Assembly: GCF_964204645.1 (NCBI RefSeq)
Contig: NC_134025.1
Span: 18,141,101 to 18,205,100 of the forward strand
DNA from: Tubulanus polymorphus
Lineage: Eukaryota; Animalia; Nemertea
DNA length: 64,000 bases
Direction: 5' to 3'
The stretch's first letter is position 1. Every line of letters begins with the position of its first letter. The notes under the pieces were generated by a model. That model had not been told where the DNA came from. It was given only the letters and a program-made list of their open reading frames with translations, and searched no databases. Shown piece after piece: positions 25,263-38,782 of this stretch. Both the position numbers and the translations under genes were made by a program.

Positions 25263-26155
25263 AGGGGCCGGTTTCATAGACATGGAATAGTTTGGTGCTA
25301 GCAATAAGGGTTATTCTGGGTATCAAATATATTCCCTGGGAATAGTAAGTGCTAGCACCAAATTTCTGTTTCGTAGACAAACTTTGTTGCTAGCAATAAC
25401 TATTCCCAGGGAATATATTTGATCCTAGCTATAAGATATGCTAATTAGGTTCAATGTCATGGAAACTCAGATCCTCACAAAATTTATCCCATAATTCATT
25501 TCGTTGCTATGAGACAATAGAAACAACAACAACCATTCCAGACGAAAATGCAGAATGAATGACAAGATGAATGTTGAAAATAAAGCTCCTCTTCCTGCAA
25601 AATCGTGGAAGAGAGGCATAAATTTCTCCCAGAAAGAAATCAGCATAATTTTAGAGCTGTGTTCCGAGAATGCCTCATTATTGCGATCAACGTTGAATAA
25701 TGATGTGACGATTAAATCAAAGCAAGAGGTCTGGAGTAGAATTACTGATGCAGTAAATAGTATTGGGGTTTGTCGGAGGGAGGTGAACGATATCAAATTA
25801 AAATGGAAAACGATGCAAGCAGAGGCTAAGAAAAAGTCAATTACGCACGCAAGAGATAGCAAACAGACAGGCGGTGGACCGCAACCTAATAATATCTCAG
25901 AGACGGATATTAAGAGAATCATATAGCTCTACAGTGGAAATCCTTCTTGGAACGGTATCCCCGGTGGTGGTGTGGAAAGCCAGGCACCAGTGATACTAGA
26001 TGATTCTCTTGTTGGTAAGTTTTCATTTTCTTAGTTTATCAATTGCCGAATTTTCACTCAAAATAGGCTCAAACCATTTTAGGCTAATGCATTTCTGAAT
26101 TTAATCGTAGGCCCTTGGCTATTGCTTTAATAAAGTCGAGATTATTGGGAGAACA

Positions 26156-26338
26156 AATAAAAAACCACCGTAGATTTGTAGAAATAGTTTATTTCCTGAC
26201 GGTTTCGAGCTTAATAAACCTCATCTTCAGAGAAACAATAAATTGTTCCTCCTGAAGCTGAGACTCTGAAGTTTAGTTTTAAGCTCGAAACCGTCAGGAA
26301 ATAAACTAATTCTACAAATCTACGGTGGGTTTTTATTC
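26156..26338. repeat. ~180-bp foldback formed by two inverted Penelope-type termini
   Basis: AATAAAAAACCACCGTAGATTTGTAGAA...CCTGACGGTTTCGAGCTTAA is inverted at TTAAGCTCGAAACCGTCAGG...TCTACAAATCTACGGTGGGTTTTTATT. Confidence 0.85.
26193..26235 (-). ncRNA. Degenerate minimal hammerhead ribozyme
   Basis: Minus strand TTTCT-CTGAAGA-T-GAG(GTTTATTAAG)CTC-GAAA-CC-GTC-AGGAA. Confidence 0.55.
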
Positions 26339-28576
26339 GTTAACTACTGGGTTTATATCAATTCACTACAGTCATACTAAATGAATTGTTGGCAATAGGT
26401 TCACTAGGAAGCAAACCTAGGGCCTAGGCTTAATCCCCAACTGCACCATACCTTGGCTTTCCTTAATCGAACCACACGCCAGCCCAGAGTCAATCCTGTT
26501 TTCCCAAAATCTGACCATCAAAATAATCCAAAAGTATCGCTTTAGGTCTACGTCACGCAGGTTTAGACTTAACATGATGATCTGTTTGAAGAGTTCATGG
26601 CTGTGTTCACACCCATCTCATTCATCTTTATAAACCAAAAAGTCCAACAAAGTAGATTGGAATGCTCAAATGATTCGATATAGGCCTAATCAGTCCTTTG
26701 CAGGCTTTTACTTTACTGCATGCAGGCCTCACATGGATTGGAGACTTGCCTTAATACACCGCCCTCCACAGTTTCAGATCATTTAATTGATCCATTCCTC
26801 TGCACTAGATTACATATGGTTTTGAATAAATGTACCATAGGCTCGATCAATTATTATAACTGCAATGTTGTGGAATTTATCAATCGTATTGCTTTTAAGC
26901 TACTTCCAACGAATGATTATTCATTCTGTGATCAAAACTTTTTTTTAAATTATTCAACCAAATTAATAGTTTTCATGACAAACTTTTCCATTTGTCACTA
27001 GCATGCGACAAAACTGACAAAACTATAAAAAATAATGGATATTAGTATAAAAGACTCCTGCGAGTGAGAAATAAATATGTTTCTTTATTATTTTAGAAAT
27101 CGATCTGAATAAACTCATGCTTGGACTGAGTGCAGACAAGCAGATTATATCAGTGGATGATCAGTTTATCGTTCCGAGTACATCCACTGCTGATCAACTG
27201 ACGGAACAAACCTCAATCGACACAGCAACCGAGCCACAATCAGAACCCGTTGCTTCTTCATCTTCATCTATTAAAGGTAACTTTCACTTTGAATCCAGGA
27301 AGAAAGACACTCTAAATATTTGGATGGATATATGAAAGCTGTGGGTACTGGAGTGTGTAATGGGTAGTGTAGTGTGATCTGTATGCATTTGTGGCCAGCA
27401 CACAGATCACATTATTCATTGGGGTTTGGTCCAGGACTCGCGAGATTTTCAACAACACGGGAGTAACGTGTAATAAATGATGACTTGAATTGCATGACTA
27501 CCTACCACCCTTCATTATTGTTGGAAAACTAAACGTTCGGCACTGACTAAAAATTAGTAATAACATTTCAGAATTTTAACTTAGGTTCTATCTCATTTTT
27601 ATTTTACAATTGCGATTGGTATAATTCTTTTTAAACGGCCGTTAAGGCTTCATGTTTCGTCTGCAATTCACTGCAAATAGTTACGCAACTACGCACATTT
27701 CAGTGTTTTTGGCAGCTGTACACTCAATCGGCACCGTTCGCGACTAGCTTCACTGCGGAATTATCATTAATTAATATCGCCATATCACATCATCAACTTA
27801 TATTGTGCCTTAAAACCCTAACAGCCGAAATAATTGAAATGTACACACGATTTCTATCATTGAAAATTGAGAGTGGCCATGTTTGTCTTTGCTGCTTCGC
27901 GTAAATCCCGCGCGGTGGCGCAACCGCGCGGAGTGGGGCCGATACGTCCAGTAGTAACTAGCCATGACTATTGACAGTTCTTGATTATCATTAAGTTTGA
28001 ATAAATATAGTATATGGGCTCAAAGCAGTTGCTCAAAGATATATTGTAGTTCATTTCAAAATCCCAGGTTAGGTCTTAGTGTACAACTGTTGGTTTCATA
28101 AGAGGCAACAATATATTTAAAGTATCGAATGCAAAAAATTACACTCCCTGTGCTAGGGGATTCACCTGCACTTTCCATACCTGATAAAATTAAATCTTTT
28201 GGTTTAATGGAAACAGACAATAAACTGTTATCGTAATCTTGATGCATATCGGCATCATCTTATTTCAGGGAGGATACAAAGTGCTCGAAAAGAGAGAAAA
28301 CGGAAGGCGTTTACACAACAAGACGTTTATCAACGCCAGTGCATGTGTCTGGATAAAAAAATTGAAAGGTTGGACGTGGAAATGAAAAAGATGAAGGCGG
28401 AAACGGAGTACTACAGTAAAAAATCGTCGTTAATAGACTTGAAAATTGCTAAATTCATGGAAAAGTGATTGCATTAAGTGAAAGCAATTAAATTGTAATA
28501 TTTTCAAATTAATTTCATAATCATTTCAATTAATTTTTTTTTAAATTTACTTTTATTAAAGTTTTACACGTATATA

Positions 28577-29382
28577 CGGCAGCATCCTGGCGACAATTAT
28601 ATTTATCTTTTTTTTTGTAGCTCCCAAAAACATAATTATTTTAAATCAAATTAATTTTCTGTGTAAAAAAATCACACAGAAAAATAACTTATAATTATAT
28701 TTATCATTTTTCTCGATGGCGGCCATTTTTCTGTGTGAGATCACACCGAAAAATAATCAGTTATATTTATCTTTATGTAGCTCCCAGAAACATAATTATT
28801 TTAAATTAAATTAAATTTTCTATGTGAAAAAATCACACAGAAAAATAATTTACATTTATATTTACCATTTTTCTCGATGGCGGCCATTTTTCTGTGTGAA
28901 AAAAATCACGCAGAAAAATAATTTACATTTATAACTACCATTTTTCTCGATAGCGGCCATTTTATCTGTGTGAAAAAATCACACAGAAAAATAATTTACA
29001 TTTATATTTACCATTTTTCTCGATGGCAGCCATTTTTCTGTGTGAAAAAAATCACACAGAAAAATAATTTACATTTATATTTACCATTTTTCTCGATGGC
29101 GGCCATTTTTCTGTGTGAAAAATTACACAGAAAAATAATTTATATTTATATTTGTCATTTTCCTCGATGGCGGCCATTTTTCTGTGTGAAGAAATCACAC
29201 AGAAAAATAATTTATATTTATATTTATTTATAATGGCCGCCATCGAGAAAAATGATAAATATAAATATAAATTATTTTTCTGTGTGTTCTTTTCACACAG
29301 AAAATTAATTTAATTTAAAATAATTATGTTTTTGGGCGCTACAAAAAAAAAGATAAATATAATTGTCGCCAGGATGCTGCCG
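28577..29382. mobile_element. MITE with ~150-bp TIRs, TA target duplication and internal ~59-60-bp tandem repeats
   Basis: TA-CGGCAGCATCCTGGCGACAATTATATTTATC...GATAAATATAATTGTCGCCAGGATGCTGCCG-TA; repeat unit TTTTTCTCGATGGCGGCCATTTTTCTGTGTGAAAAAATCACACAGAAAAATAATTTA. Confidence 0.85.
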
Positions 29383-29458
29383 TACGTATAAGTTAGTTTT
29401 AAAATTTAAAAAAATAAAATTCAGAACATTGAACATTGAATATTCAAAAGGCTTTCTA

Positions 29459-30192
29459 CGGCAGCATCCTGGCGACAATTATATTTACCTTTTTTTTTGT
29501 AGCTCCCAGAAACATAATTATTTTAAATTAAATTAATTTTCTATGTGAAAAAATCACACATAAAAACAATTTACATTTATATTTACCATTTTTCTCGATG
29601 GCGGCCATCTTTCTGTGTGAAAAAAATCACACAGAAAAATAATTAGTTATATTTATCTTTTAGTAGCTCCCAGAAACATAATTATTTTAAATTAAATTAA
29701 TGTTCTATGTGAAAAAAATCACACAGAAAAATAATTTACATTTATATTTACCATTTTTCTCGATGGCGGCCATTTTTCTGTGTGAAAAAAATCACACAGA
29801 AAAATAATTTATATTTATATTTACCATTTTTCTCGATGGCGGCCATTTTTCTGTATGAAAAATCACACAGAAAAATAATTTATATATATATTTACAATTT
29901 TTCTCGATGGCGGCCATTTTTCTGTGTGAAAAAAATCACACAGAAAAATAATTTATATTTATATTTATCATTTTTCTCGATGGCGGCCATTTTTCTGTGT
30001 CAAAAAATCACACAGAAAAATAATTTATATTTATATTTACCATTTTTCCCGATGGCGGCCATTTTTCTGTGTGAAAAAATCACACAGAAAAATAATTTAT
30101 ATTTATATTTATCATTTTTCTCGATGGCGGCCATTTTTCTGTGTGAAAAAATCACATAGAAAAATAATTCCTATTTATATTTATCATTTTTC
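29459..30192. mobile_element. Second, right-truncated copy of the same MITE/minisatellite
   Basis: Same left TIR after TA, then ~10 repeat units, no right TIR. Confidence 0.85.
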
Positions 30193-31064
30193 GCGCGGTG
30201 TTGCCGAGACATTCTGCGGGCTTAATGGTGATAGGTACCGGTACGGCGAAGTTTTACGTAACTAGTAATTACAGATAACACACCATGGACGAGTCTTTCA
30301 AAGAACACCTTCGCTCGTTGAACATTGATGAAACGATCATCAATCACTTAGAAAAAGAGAAGGTAAGGTACATAGTCGTATTAGGCCTCTCCTATTGTTT
30401 CCTTAGTCGCTATAGGCATACATCTCGGGGTATAGTAGACCTATAGGTCTACGAAATATGTAGCCAGACACAGCGCCGTGACAATATGATCGATTTTTTC
30501 TCGTCATTACGAATTACGGGTACGTTTTACGTTTTACGACAAACGTCAAATGAATTAGGTCAAGGTTTCCTACAATTACAAAATATCGTGAATTAAGTTT
30601 CACTAATTACAAATTACATTTTACGTTTTAAAAATTGAAAATTCCGTTTTGCGAATTACAAATTATGTTTCCCAAAAGACCTCTCGCGATAAAATGAACC
30701 GAGATGTAGTGGAAAATCGTTAAACGTCCATAACATTATTCGTAAAACGTAATTCGTAATTCATAAAACACAACGAGTACCGTACTCGTCGAATCGTAGT
30801 GTCGCTCAAGGGGGAAGTGGTACCGTAACAAAATGAAATTAATTAAATTAGGGCTAGAGTTTAGGAATTCAACCTCTCGAGGGTCCAGAGGGTTAGATGG
30901 TCGAGGGGTTGGAGTTATAATAGGGTAGGTAGGGCTAGGCTATATCTAGTAAACATTGACCCATATGGTTTTAGTGGTTAGCTCGTTGCTGGTTGAATTC
31001 CATTGTATGCATCTAGAGCTATAAATGGTTTTTAATCAAATCAATACGTTTTTCTATTTCAGTT

Positions 31065-34000
31065 ATATATATGATTTTCAATCAGTTGATGAAGCTATGA
31101 GTTTATATAACGTAGTAACAAATAAAGAAAAATTACATCTATACAAACCTAAATTATCAGATTATTATACACCAAGTAAAAAACAACAGAAATATGAAAT
31201 AATTTGGATTGTAGGTGGAACTGTTATTGTTATATTTGTAGCATATAAATTTGCAAATTAATTACATATTATTTTTTGCTAAATAGATGGATGATAAAGT
31301 TGATGGTGTTAATATTATTCCTCATGGTATAAATAAAACTAAATTGAAATTATATTTTGAAAAACAAATATTAGAATTTGAAAATGATTTAGAATTTAAA
31401 AAAGAAAAAATATCTAAAAAGTAAAATTATATATTATTTTATTATTAGTGGTTCAGTTACAATTAGTTCTGTAATAACATTTCTAGCACCTTATGCTATA
31501 TCAATTGGTGTGCTAGGATTATCATCAAGTGTTTTAGCTGGTATAAGTTCAAAAATTAAATATAAATGGTAATAAAGAAAAAATAAAATCTAATATAAAA
31601 GAATTAAATAAATTAAAAAATACATAAGATTATATAATAAATTTAAATGGTAATATAACAGTTGATGAGCAGGATAAATTATGAAAGGAATTAATAAATA
31701 ATTAATCTTTTTATTGTATAAATAGCAGGGTGTGGTATAAGCTGGAATGAATTACCAAAATATTATGATAATATACAACAACAAAATATAATGGTTGGAT
31801 TAATTTCATTTTAGAAAATAGTGAAGGTTTATCAAAATCAGGTATACAAAGAATAAATCAATCAATTAGAACTTATTTAATTTGTATTTTAGGCGCTCAA
31901 ATTGAAACAAGATCACTAATAGCTGGAAATGATAATACTTCATTTGACGCGCAGAAACAATTTAAAGTATTATTTGAAGATTCTTTTCATAACGATAAAA
32001 ATAGATCGATTCCAGAAAATATAGTTAGGTACCAAAATTGTTTAGATAAATCACATGTAAGATTAAATTATTGTAGAGGCCCTAATTTGTTAATTATTTC
32101 AAATGATTTAATATTAAAAATGGGAAATAACCTGATTTTAATTAAACTAATATTGCTAATGATGGTGGAGCAGCATATAATACTAATTTAGGTGAAGATG
32201 ATTGTAGTGGGCGTATATTATATGATTATGATGAATTTAAACTGATACTGAAACAAGTGAAAAAGTAATAGATAATTTAAGAACCCGCGATGAGATAATA
32301 ATTAAAACTAGACCAGAAAGAAAAGATTTAATTAATAGATTAGAAAGAACAGAAAACCCTGAATTGAAAAAAGAATTATTATACATGAAACATAGTGAAA
32401 CATATACAGTTATTGAAGAAATATTACCAAAAAATGTAACAGATAACATTGAACCAGAAGATATTTCAGGACAAATTAGAAAAGATGACATTAATTTCAT
32501 GAATAATTTAGAATTTAAAAATGATTCAAGGTATTATAATGTTGAATTAAATAACAAAACTATATCAATTCAATTATCTAATATGGGACAAGAAGATCTG
32601 TACCATCTCGAAATGCGAGCAAGATCTACAATTGAACGTTCAAAAGGTGGTTTAGAATTTCTCAAGAATTATATGGAATGCACTCGATAGAATAAATGAA
32701 GAAGAACCAAATGTTGGTACTGATATTATCAAATATTCACAATTTAAAAATCCAAATTTAAATCCTACTGATGTTGATCCAGAAATGGAAGAGTATGGAG
32801 ATCGATTAGATAAATTAAGAACTTCAACATCAGAAACATAGATGATTTAAAATATAGCAGAGAATTTCAGGAAAAAGAAAGAGATATTATCAAAATCATT
32901 TGATCTTAATCATATTAAAAAATTAAAAGTTATTTTTAAAGATTTATTGATAAAACCAGATTCTGAATTATCATTGAAAGATAGAATAAGATTATTATTT
33001 AAATTAGAAGGAATAACAATTGTTTCAATTCTAACAGCCGTAACTATGTTATTTACAACAATTGGTTTAGCTATTTCAAATTCATTAAAATCTACGCCAA
33101 ATCCTAATAATCCTAATAATCCGGATAAACCACCAAATAATAATAATTCTATACAAGATAAGGTGAAAGATGGATTAAAAAAATTAGCAAAATGTCTATG
33201 GGAACTATCTAAAAAATCTGCTACAGCTTTACCCGGAATTGTTGCATCAATTGTTGGTTTTATATTGGAATCTGGTGGGAATATTCTTAACTTTGCTGCT
33301 GAACATATAATTTCATTTTTATTACAGTTATTAGTGCAATTATTCTTGGGTTAGCGAATATGATAAAAAATAAATAGTTAATCTTTTTTGTTAAATAAAT
33401 GAGTGGGAGTTACATAAATCCTTCTAAGAATACAAGAATATCTAATGCTATTAAAGCAGAGAGATCTCATCATATAATTACTCATAATCCTTCTAATATT
33501 AATCCCGATGAAACTTTATATGTAAGAATCCCTCGATTAAATCAAATTACTTTTTATGTTCCAAATAGTATTTATTTGTCAGCTGATATAAAAGAAACTG
33601 GTCATGATAATAATTATGTTGTCGATAATATTGGAAGATATTTAATTAAAAACTTAATTGTAAAGATTGGAACAGAAACAGTTTTTTCATTACATGATTA
33701 TAATTTATTTATGCATTATAAAGATTTATGGTTAACAAAAGAAAATAGAAATAATATGATTTTTCAAGGCATCCAATCCTTAAATCAAAATAAATTAAGA
33801 TCAGACGCTGATAACGCAATAGTAACTAATGCTGTAGATAACTTAATAAAAATGATTTATGGAAGCAAATATGACATTCCATTAGACTTTGAATTGATAA
33901 ATAATAATGCAATAATAGATACGCAATTCAAGAAGATATTATATTTGAAATGACATTTGCTCCTGTTAATGAAATTGTATTATCTAGCGTTGTTAAAGAT

Positions 34001-35140
34001 ATGGGTTATAAATTATCGAATACATGTTTAGAATATGATACAGTAACTGATGAAAATATTGCTAACACAATTCAAACTCAATATCATCAAGGATTTTCGC
34101 TATTATATGATTATATTGATAGATTTAAAATTGTAACTATTAATGCAAATGATGAAATAATTAATGAGAATATTAACTACCCAAGAAGATCTATTAAAGG
34201 CGTATTAATATTTTTTACAATTGCTACATATTCTAATGGTGCAATAAATGTGGATAATTATTATAATCCTGAAATTTCAAAAGTAGAAATAACAATTGAA
34301 GGCATAGCAAATAAGATATTTTGCCAAGGAATGAGAATGATTGATCAATGGCCAGAAATTAGAAAACATTTTATGAATGAAAAAGTAAAATCATCTGAAA
34401 ATTGTAATATTAATCAAATTGATTATTATACCGGCAATAAATACGCATTATGGTTAGATTTTAGAACCACTGAAGATAATTTATTACATTGTTCTGGGAA
34501 AAAGCTGCAGAACACTAAAGATGGAATACAATTATTCATGAAAAAGAAAAAAGGAGGTTTAAATTAAAAAATGCACAGTTATATTGTATCTGACGCGCAA
34601 TTAAATATCACAAATTCTCAATTGAATAGTGTTATGTATTAAAATTTTTATTTTAATAAAAATCTATATAATAAATGGAAGGTGGAATATATGAAATACA
34701 AACTCCAAATGAAATGATATCAGATATATATTATATAATACCTCATGATGAATATAGTAAGTATTTTGGAGAATACTTTAATCAATTCAAATACAGAAAA
34801 AGTAAAATAGAAAAGAATATTGAAAATGAAAAAGAAGATAATATTGAATCTAAAATAGAAGACAATATTGAATCTAAAATCGAAGATACTGATAAAATTG
34901 AATCTAAAATAGAAGATAATATTGATACTAAAATAGAAGATAATATTGAAACTAAAAAAGAAGATAATATTGAAACTAAAAAAGATAATATTGAAACTAA
35001 AAAAGAAGATAATATTGAAACAAAAAAAGAAGATTTCACAGCATCTGCCTCTAACTATAAAATAGAAAACTCAAATGTTAAACCAAAAGATATCATTAGA
35101 TGCACTTTTTGTGAAGAAGATTTTGAAGATTTGATTTCAT
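31065..35140 (+). mobile_element. Polinton copy P4 (structural module, multiply deleted)
   Basis: Fragments of the MASAV, MDDKV and MADSF families, the membrane-helix gene, the major capsid and the MEGG gene, in the same order as P5. Confidence 0.85.
33399..34641 (+). pseudogene. Major capsid (hexon-like double jelly-roll) protein, frameshifted
   Basis: ORFs 33399 and 33950 are highly similar to 40322-41533. Confidence 0.8.
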
Positions 35141-35142
35141 AG
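34675..35142 (+). CDS. Variable post-capsid ORF with KIEDNIE(S/T) repeats, truncated at a CxxC
   Basis: About 8-9 24-bp repeats at 34830-35030; start MEGG..YY(I/V)IP shared with ORF 41566. Confidence 0.6.
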   Translation: MEGGIYEIQTPNEMISDIYYIIPHDEYSKYFGEYFNQFKYRKSKIEKNIENEKEDNIESKIEDNIESKIEDTDKIESKIEDNIDTKIEDNIETKKEDNIETKKDNIETKKEDNIETKKEDFTASASNYKIENSNVKPKDIIRCTFCEEDFEDLIS

Positions 35143-35169
35143 ATTATCAAGTGAAGATCTAGTAGAATT

Positions 35170-35914
35170 ATGTTCTGGAGATATAATTTGTTTTGTAGAT
35201 TCTAGAAGACTTACAAATTATAAATCTCATAATTTACTAGTTCAATTAGATAGAGAATTCAAGAATTGTGTAGATTTAAAATTAGTAAATATAAGTTTAT
35301 GTAATTCTTTTTACAATGTATCGGATAAAACTATTGAACATAGATTGTTTATGATTTTTGATAGAAATGCCGATAAATGGTATCATATATTTATAAGACC
35401 AGGATTATATAATTTAGAAACATTAGCGCAAGAAATTAATAGAAGAGTTAGGGCAAAAATGGGCGCGGCTGCTGGATTTGTAATTAAATTTTTAAAAAGT
35501 GATATCAATAATAAAGTAAGAATAAAGTTAGATGAAGATGAACAATATTAATTTTTAGTTAAAAAACCTATGGCTAAACTGTTAGGAATTAATCTAGATA
35601 AACTTTATTCAAATGTTGACATTGCACCAAACTTAATACCTTACATGCATTTTTATATTTATTGCAATTTAATTGATCCTACAAAAACATTCGAAGCAAC
35701 TAAAGATATAACTTGTAGTTCTAGTATACTAAATATTTTACCGCTAAAAAATGTTAAACAATTTGGAACGCAAATAAATTATAATTTAGCTGAATGTGAT
35801 TTTAAACCTTGCATTCTTAAATTTAATAATTTTAAATTAGAAATAAGAAATCATAATGGTTATTTAATTGATTTAAATAACTTTCCTGTGATATATGAAT
35901 TAGTTATAAGTTGA
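35170..35914 (+). pseudogene. Minor capsid (penton-like) protein
   Basis: ORFs 35345 and 35570: PGLYNLETLAQEIN, HFYIYCNLID, LIDLNNFPVIYELVI. Confidence 0.75.
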
Positions 35915-35938
35915 GAGAGTAATTTTTTCATTATATAA

Positions 35939-36295
35939 ATGAATATAACTGTTGGACCGAGTATATGTTTTGGGTTTGATTTTAAACATGAGAAAGAAAT
36001 GAAATTTAACATTAATGATGTAATTACACATATCAAAAATATTGCATTTTCTAATGAAACGACATTTGAGTATGAAACAACAATAGATAAAGAAACTTTA
36101 AATGTAGAAAAGATTACTAATTTAATTAGAGAATCTTTAAGATTTTATGAATTAGATGAAGGTTTTATTATAGATGATATTAAAAAAATAATAATTGAAA
36201 TGTATACAAATGAAACTAGTAATGAAAAAAATGTTGAATTAATCATAAATAAGTTAACTAAATATTTTGATGATAGTAATTTTTTTGATAAATAA
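35939..36295 (+). CDS. Polinton conserved unknown protein (118 aa)
   Basis: Intact ORF; five copies in the window. Confidence 0.75.
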   Translation: MNITVGPSICFGFDFKHEKEMKFNINDVITHIKNIAFSNETTFEYETTIDKETLNVEKITNLIRESLRFYELDEGFIIDDIKKIIIEMYTNETSNEKNVELIINKLTKYFDDSNFFDK

Positions 36296-36517
36296 ATGAG
36301 TGATAATAAGTGGATAATAACTGGATTATATAATGGAGCATTACTATCAGTTGGAACTGTTGGTTATTCAATGGTATTAAAAAAAGTATTTAAAATGGGA
36401 AGTGTTAATGTTGATAGATTTGATATAAATGATATTTTAAAATTAACATTAGCAGTTACTTTATCTAATTTAACTATTGATTATTTGGAAAAACAAAAAT
36501 ATATTCCTCCTATATAA
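36296..36517 (+). CDS. Small two-helix membrane protein (73 aa)
   Basis: Intact ORF MSDNKW with two hydrophobic segments; five copies in the window. Confidence 0.75.
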   Translation: MSDNKWIITGLYNGALLSVGTVGYSMVLKKVFKMGSVNVDRFDINDILKLTLAVTLSNLTIDYLEKQKYIPPI

Positions 36518-36541
36518 ATGCATAATTATTTTACTAAATAA

Positions 36542-36963
36542 ATGGCTTCTGCAGTTATAACTATTATAGGATCGGCAATTGTTAACGTTTAGCATTTACT
36601 GGCGGTGGTTATTTATTTAAGCATATTGATAAAAATGGATCATTAACAGAACAAAAAAGACATAACTTAGCATTAGAAAAATACAATAAAGCAGCGGAAG
36701 AATATAGAGAAAAGAGGCAAAACTATAAGGATTATATTAACAAGGAATTATATGATCAGAAGATTTCACATAGAGATTTCCAATCAGTTGATGATGCAAT
36801 GAGTTTATATAACGCGGTAACCAATAAAGAAAAATTACATCTACATAAACCAACAATATCAGATTATTATACCCCAAGTAATGAACAGAGGAAATATGAA
36901 ATAATTTGGATTTTAGGCGGAACTGTTATTGTTATATTTGTTGCTTATGAGTTTACTAATTAG
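36542..36963 (+). pseudogene. MASAVITIIG family ORF, frameshifted
   Basis: Homologous to 1399-1761 and 51165-51587. Confidence 0.75.
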
Positions 36964-36983
36964 TAATTTTTTTTGCTAAATAA

Positions 36984-37416
36984 ATGGATGATAAAGTTGA
37001 TAATATTGATATTATTCCTCATGATATAAATAAAACTAAATTAAAAATATATTTAGAAAAACAAATATTAGAATTTGAAAGTGACTTAAAAGTTAAAAAG
37101 AAAAAATATTTAAAATCTAAAATTATATATTATTTGATTATAAGTGGTTCGGTTACAATTAGTTCTGTAATAACATTTCTAGCAATATTCAGTCCATTAA
37201 CACCTTTAGCTATATCAATTGGTGTGTTAGGATTAAGTTCAAGTGTTTTAACTGGTATAAGTTCAAAATAAAATATAAAAAGTAATAAAGAAAAAATTAA
37301 AACTAATATAAAAGAAATTAATAAATTAAAGAATACACTAGATTATATAATAAGTTTAATTGGTCATATAACAGTTGAAGAACAAGATAAATTATTAAAA
37401 GAATTAATAAATTATT
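36984..37416 (+). pseudogene. Two-TM membrane ORF (MDDKV family)
   Basis: Premature stop at 37269; homologue at 51608-52020. Confidence 0.7.
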
Positions 37417-37434
37417 AATTTTTTAGTTATATAA

Positions 37435-38766
37435 ATGGCAGATAGTTTTCCAAAAGCTTTCCAATATAATAAATCAATTAAATATAATATTCCTGCAATA
37501 GATTTTAATAAAGATATTTCATATAGAAATGAAGTTTTAAATTCAATAATTGATTTATATATTTATGTTACTGAAAGTAATAATTTTCATGTAAAGATGG
37601 AAAATATATTTCATGTGTATACAATTAATTTCAAAAATTTAAATGAGGCAAAACAATGGTTATTGATTATATTGATAATATGAAGTATTGGCAGAACCAA
37701 TTAAATTTTGCTGTTTATTGTGCAACAACAGGATGTGGAATTAGTTGGAATGATCATTTAAACAAACCAAGTTTACCATTGATGTTATCACTTTTTAGAT
37801 TTCATACTTATTTTCAAATAAAATTAATAATAGATGAATTAGAATGTCCTTTACCAGGTTCAAAATATTTTAAAGAATTGAATAATAATATTAATTTGTC
37901 TAAGTTTTATAAAATATGTAATGAATTTAATATTAATTCAAATAAAGATTTCAGAGCAAAAATTGGAACAATGGGTGGATTAGGAATATTATATACTAAA
38001 GAATTTGGAAAAATAATGACAAATTCAGATATAAGAACACTGAATTGGAATGAATTACCAAAATATTATAATAATATACAACAACAAAACAATAATGGTT
38101 GGGTTAATTTCATTTTAGAAAATAGTGAAGGTTTTACTAAAGCTGGAATACAAAGAATAAATCAATCTATTAGAACTTATTTGATATGTATTTTAGGTGC
38201 GCAAGTTGAAACAAGATCCCCAATAATTGGAAATGATAACACTTAATTCATTCGATGCACAAAAACAATTCAAAGTATTATTTGAAGATTCAATTCATAA
38301 TGATAAAAATAGATCGATTCCGGAAAACATTGTAAGATATCAAAATTATTTAGATAAATCACATATTAGATTAAATTATTGTATAGGCCCTAATCTATTA
38401 ATTATTTCTAATGATTTAGTATTAAAGATGGGAAATATAATTGGTTATAATAATCTAATTAAAACTGCAACAATAAATAATTCATTTGGATTAAATGATA
38501 TAAATAAAAAGATTATTACTGCTCCAAAATTAATGGAAGGTGAAAAAAATAAAAAACATATTCAATCAACAGAAACTAAAACTAAGAATATTAAATTAAA
38601 TAGTGATTCTAAACCGGATTATAATACATCAGAAAATATTAGAACCGATATTATTCAACATGATATAATTAAACTAAATGATGATAATAAATCCCATGAA
38701 AATACTAAATTAGCTTTAACTTGTATAGGAATTGTAATCGGAGGAATATTATATTTTAGATTTTAA
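37435..38766 (+). pseudogene. Conserved ~440-aa Polinton-group protein with C-terminal TM helix
   Basis: YWQNQLNFAVYCATTGCGIS..FRFHTYFQ..LECPLPG..SIRTYLICILGAQ; two frameshifts; homologue at 52020-53350. Confidence 0.75.
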
Positions 38767-38782
38767 TTTTTTTATTATGTAA

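Larger units (their letters stand above)
25555..28448 (+). pseudogene. Myb/SANT-like DNA-binding protein (NAIF1/Harbinger ORF2 type), ~3 exons
   Basis: KRGINFSQKEISIILE...KQEVWSRITDAVNS..RREVNDIKLKWKTM...QTGGGP, with a stop at 25924. Likely exons 25555-26013, ~27097-27277 and ~28269-28448. Confidence 0.75.
25264..28450 (+). mobile_element. PIF/Harbinger-type element remnant carrying a Myb/SANT gene
   Basis: Starts with a GGGGCCGGTTTCAT TIR-like end that truncates the DUF3987 ORF; subterminal palindrome at 25322-25423; Myb ORF follows. Confidence 0.55.

Noticed and set aside
27909-27932. GC-rich palindrome CCGCGCGGTGGCGCAACCGCGCGG
   Set aside because: Short and isolated, probably internal to a decayed MITE; no function can be supported.
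28680-30190. Regular repeats with internal palindromes resembling a CRISPR array; ORFs 28970, 29052, 29782, 30071
   Set aside because: Units are contiguous with no unique spacers, are bounded by TIRs and have no cas genes nearby; the ORFs are repeat translations.
30285-30362. Short exon-like ORF MDESFKEHLRSLNIDETIINHLEKEK followed by GTAAGG
   Set aside because: Plausible first exon, but no downstream exons are identifiable.
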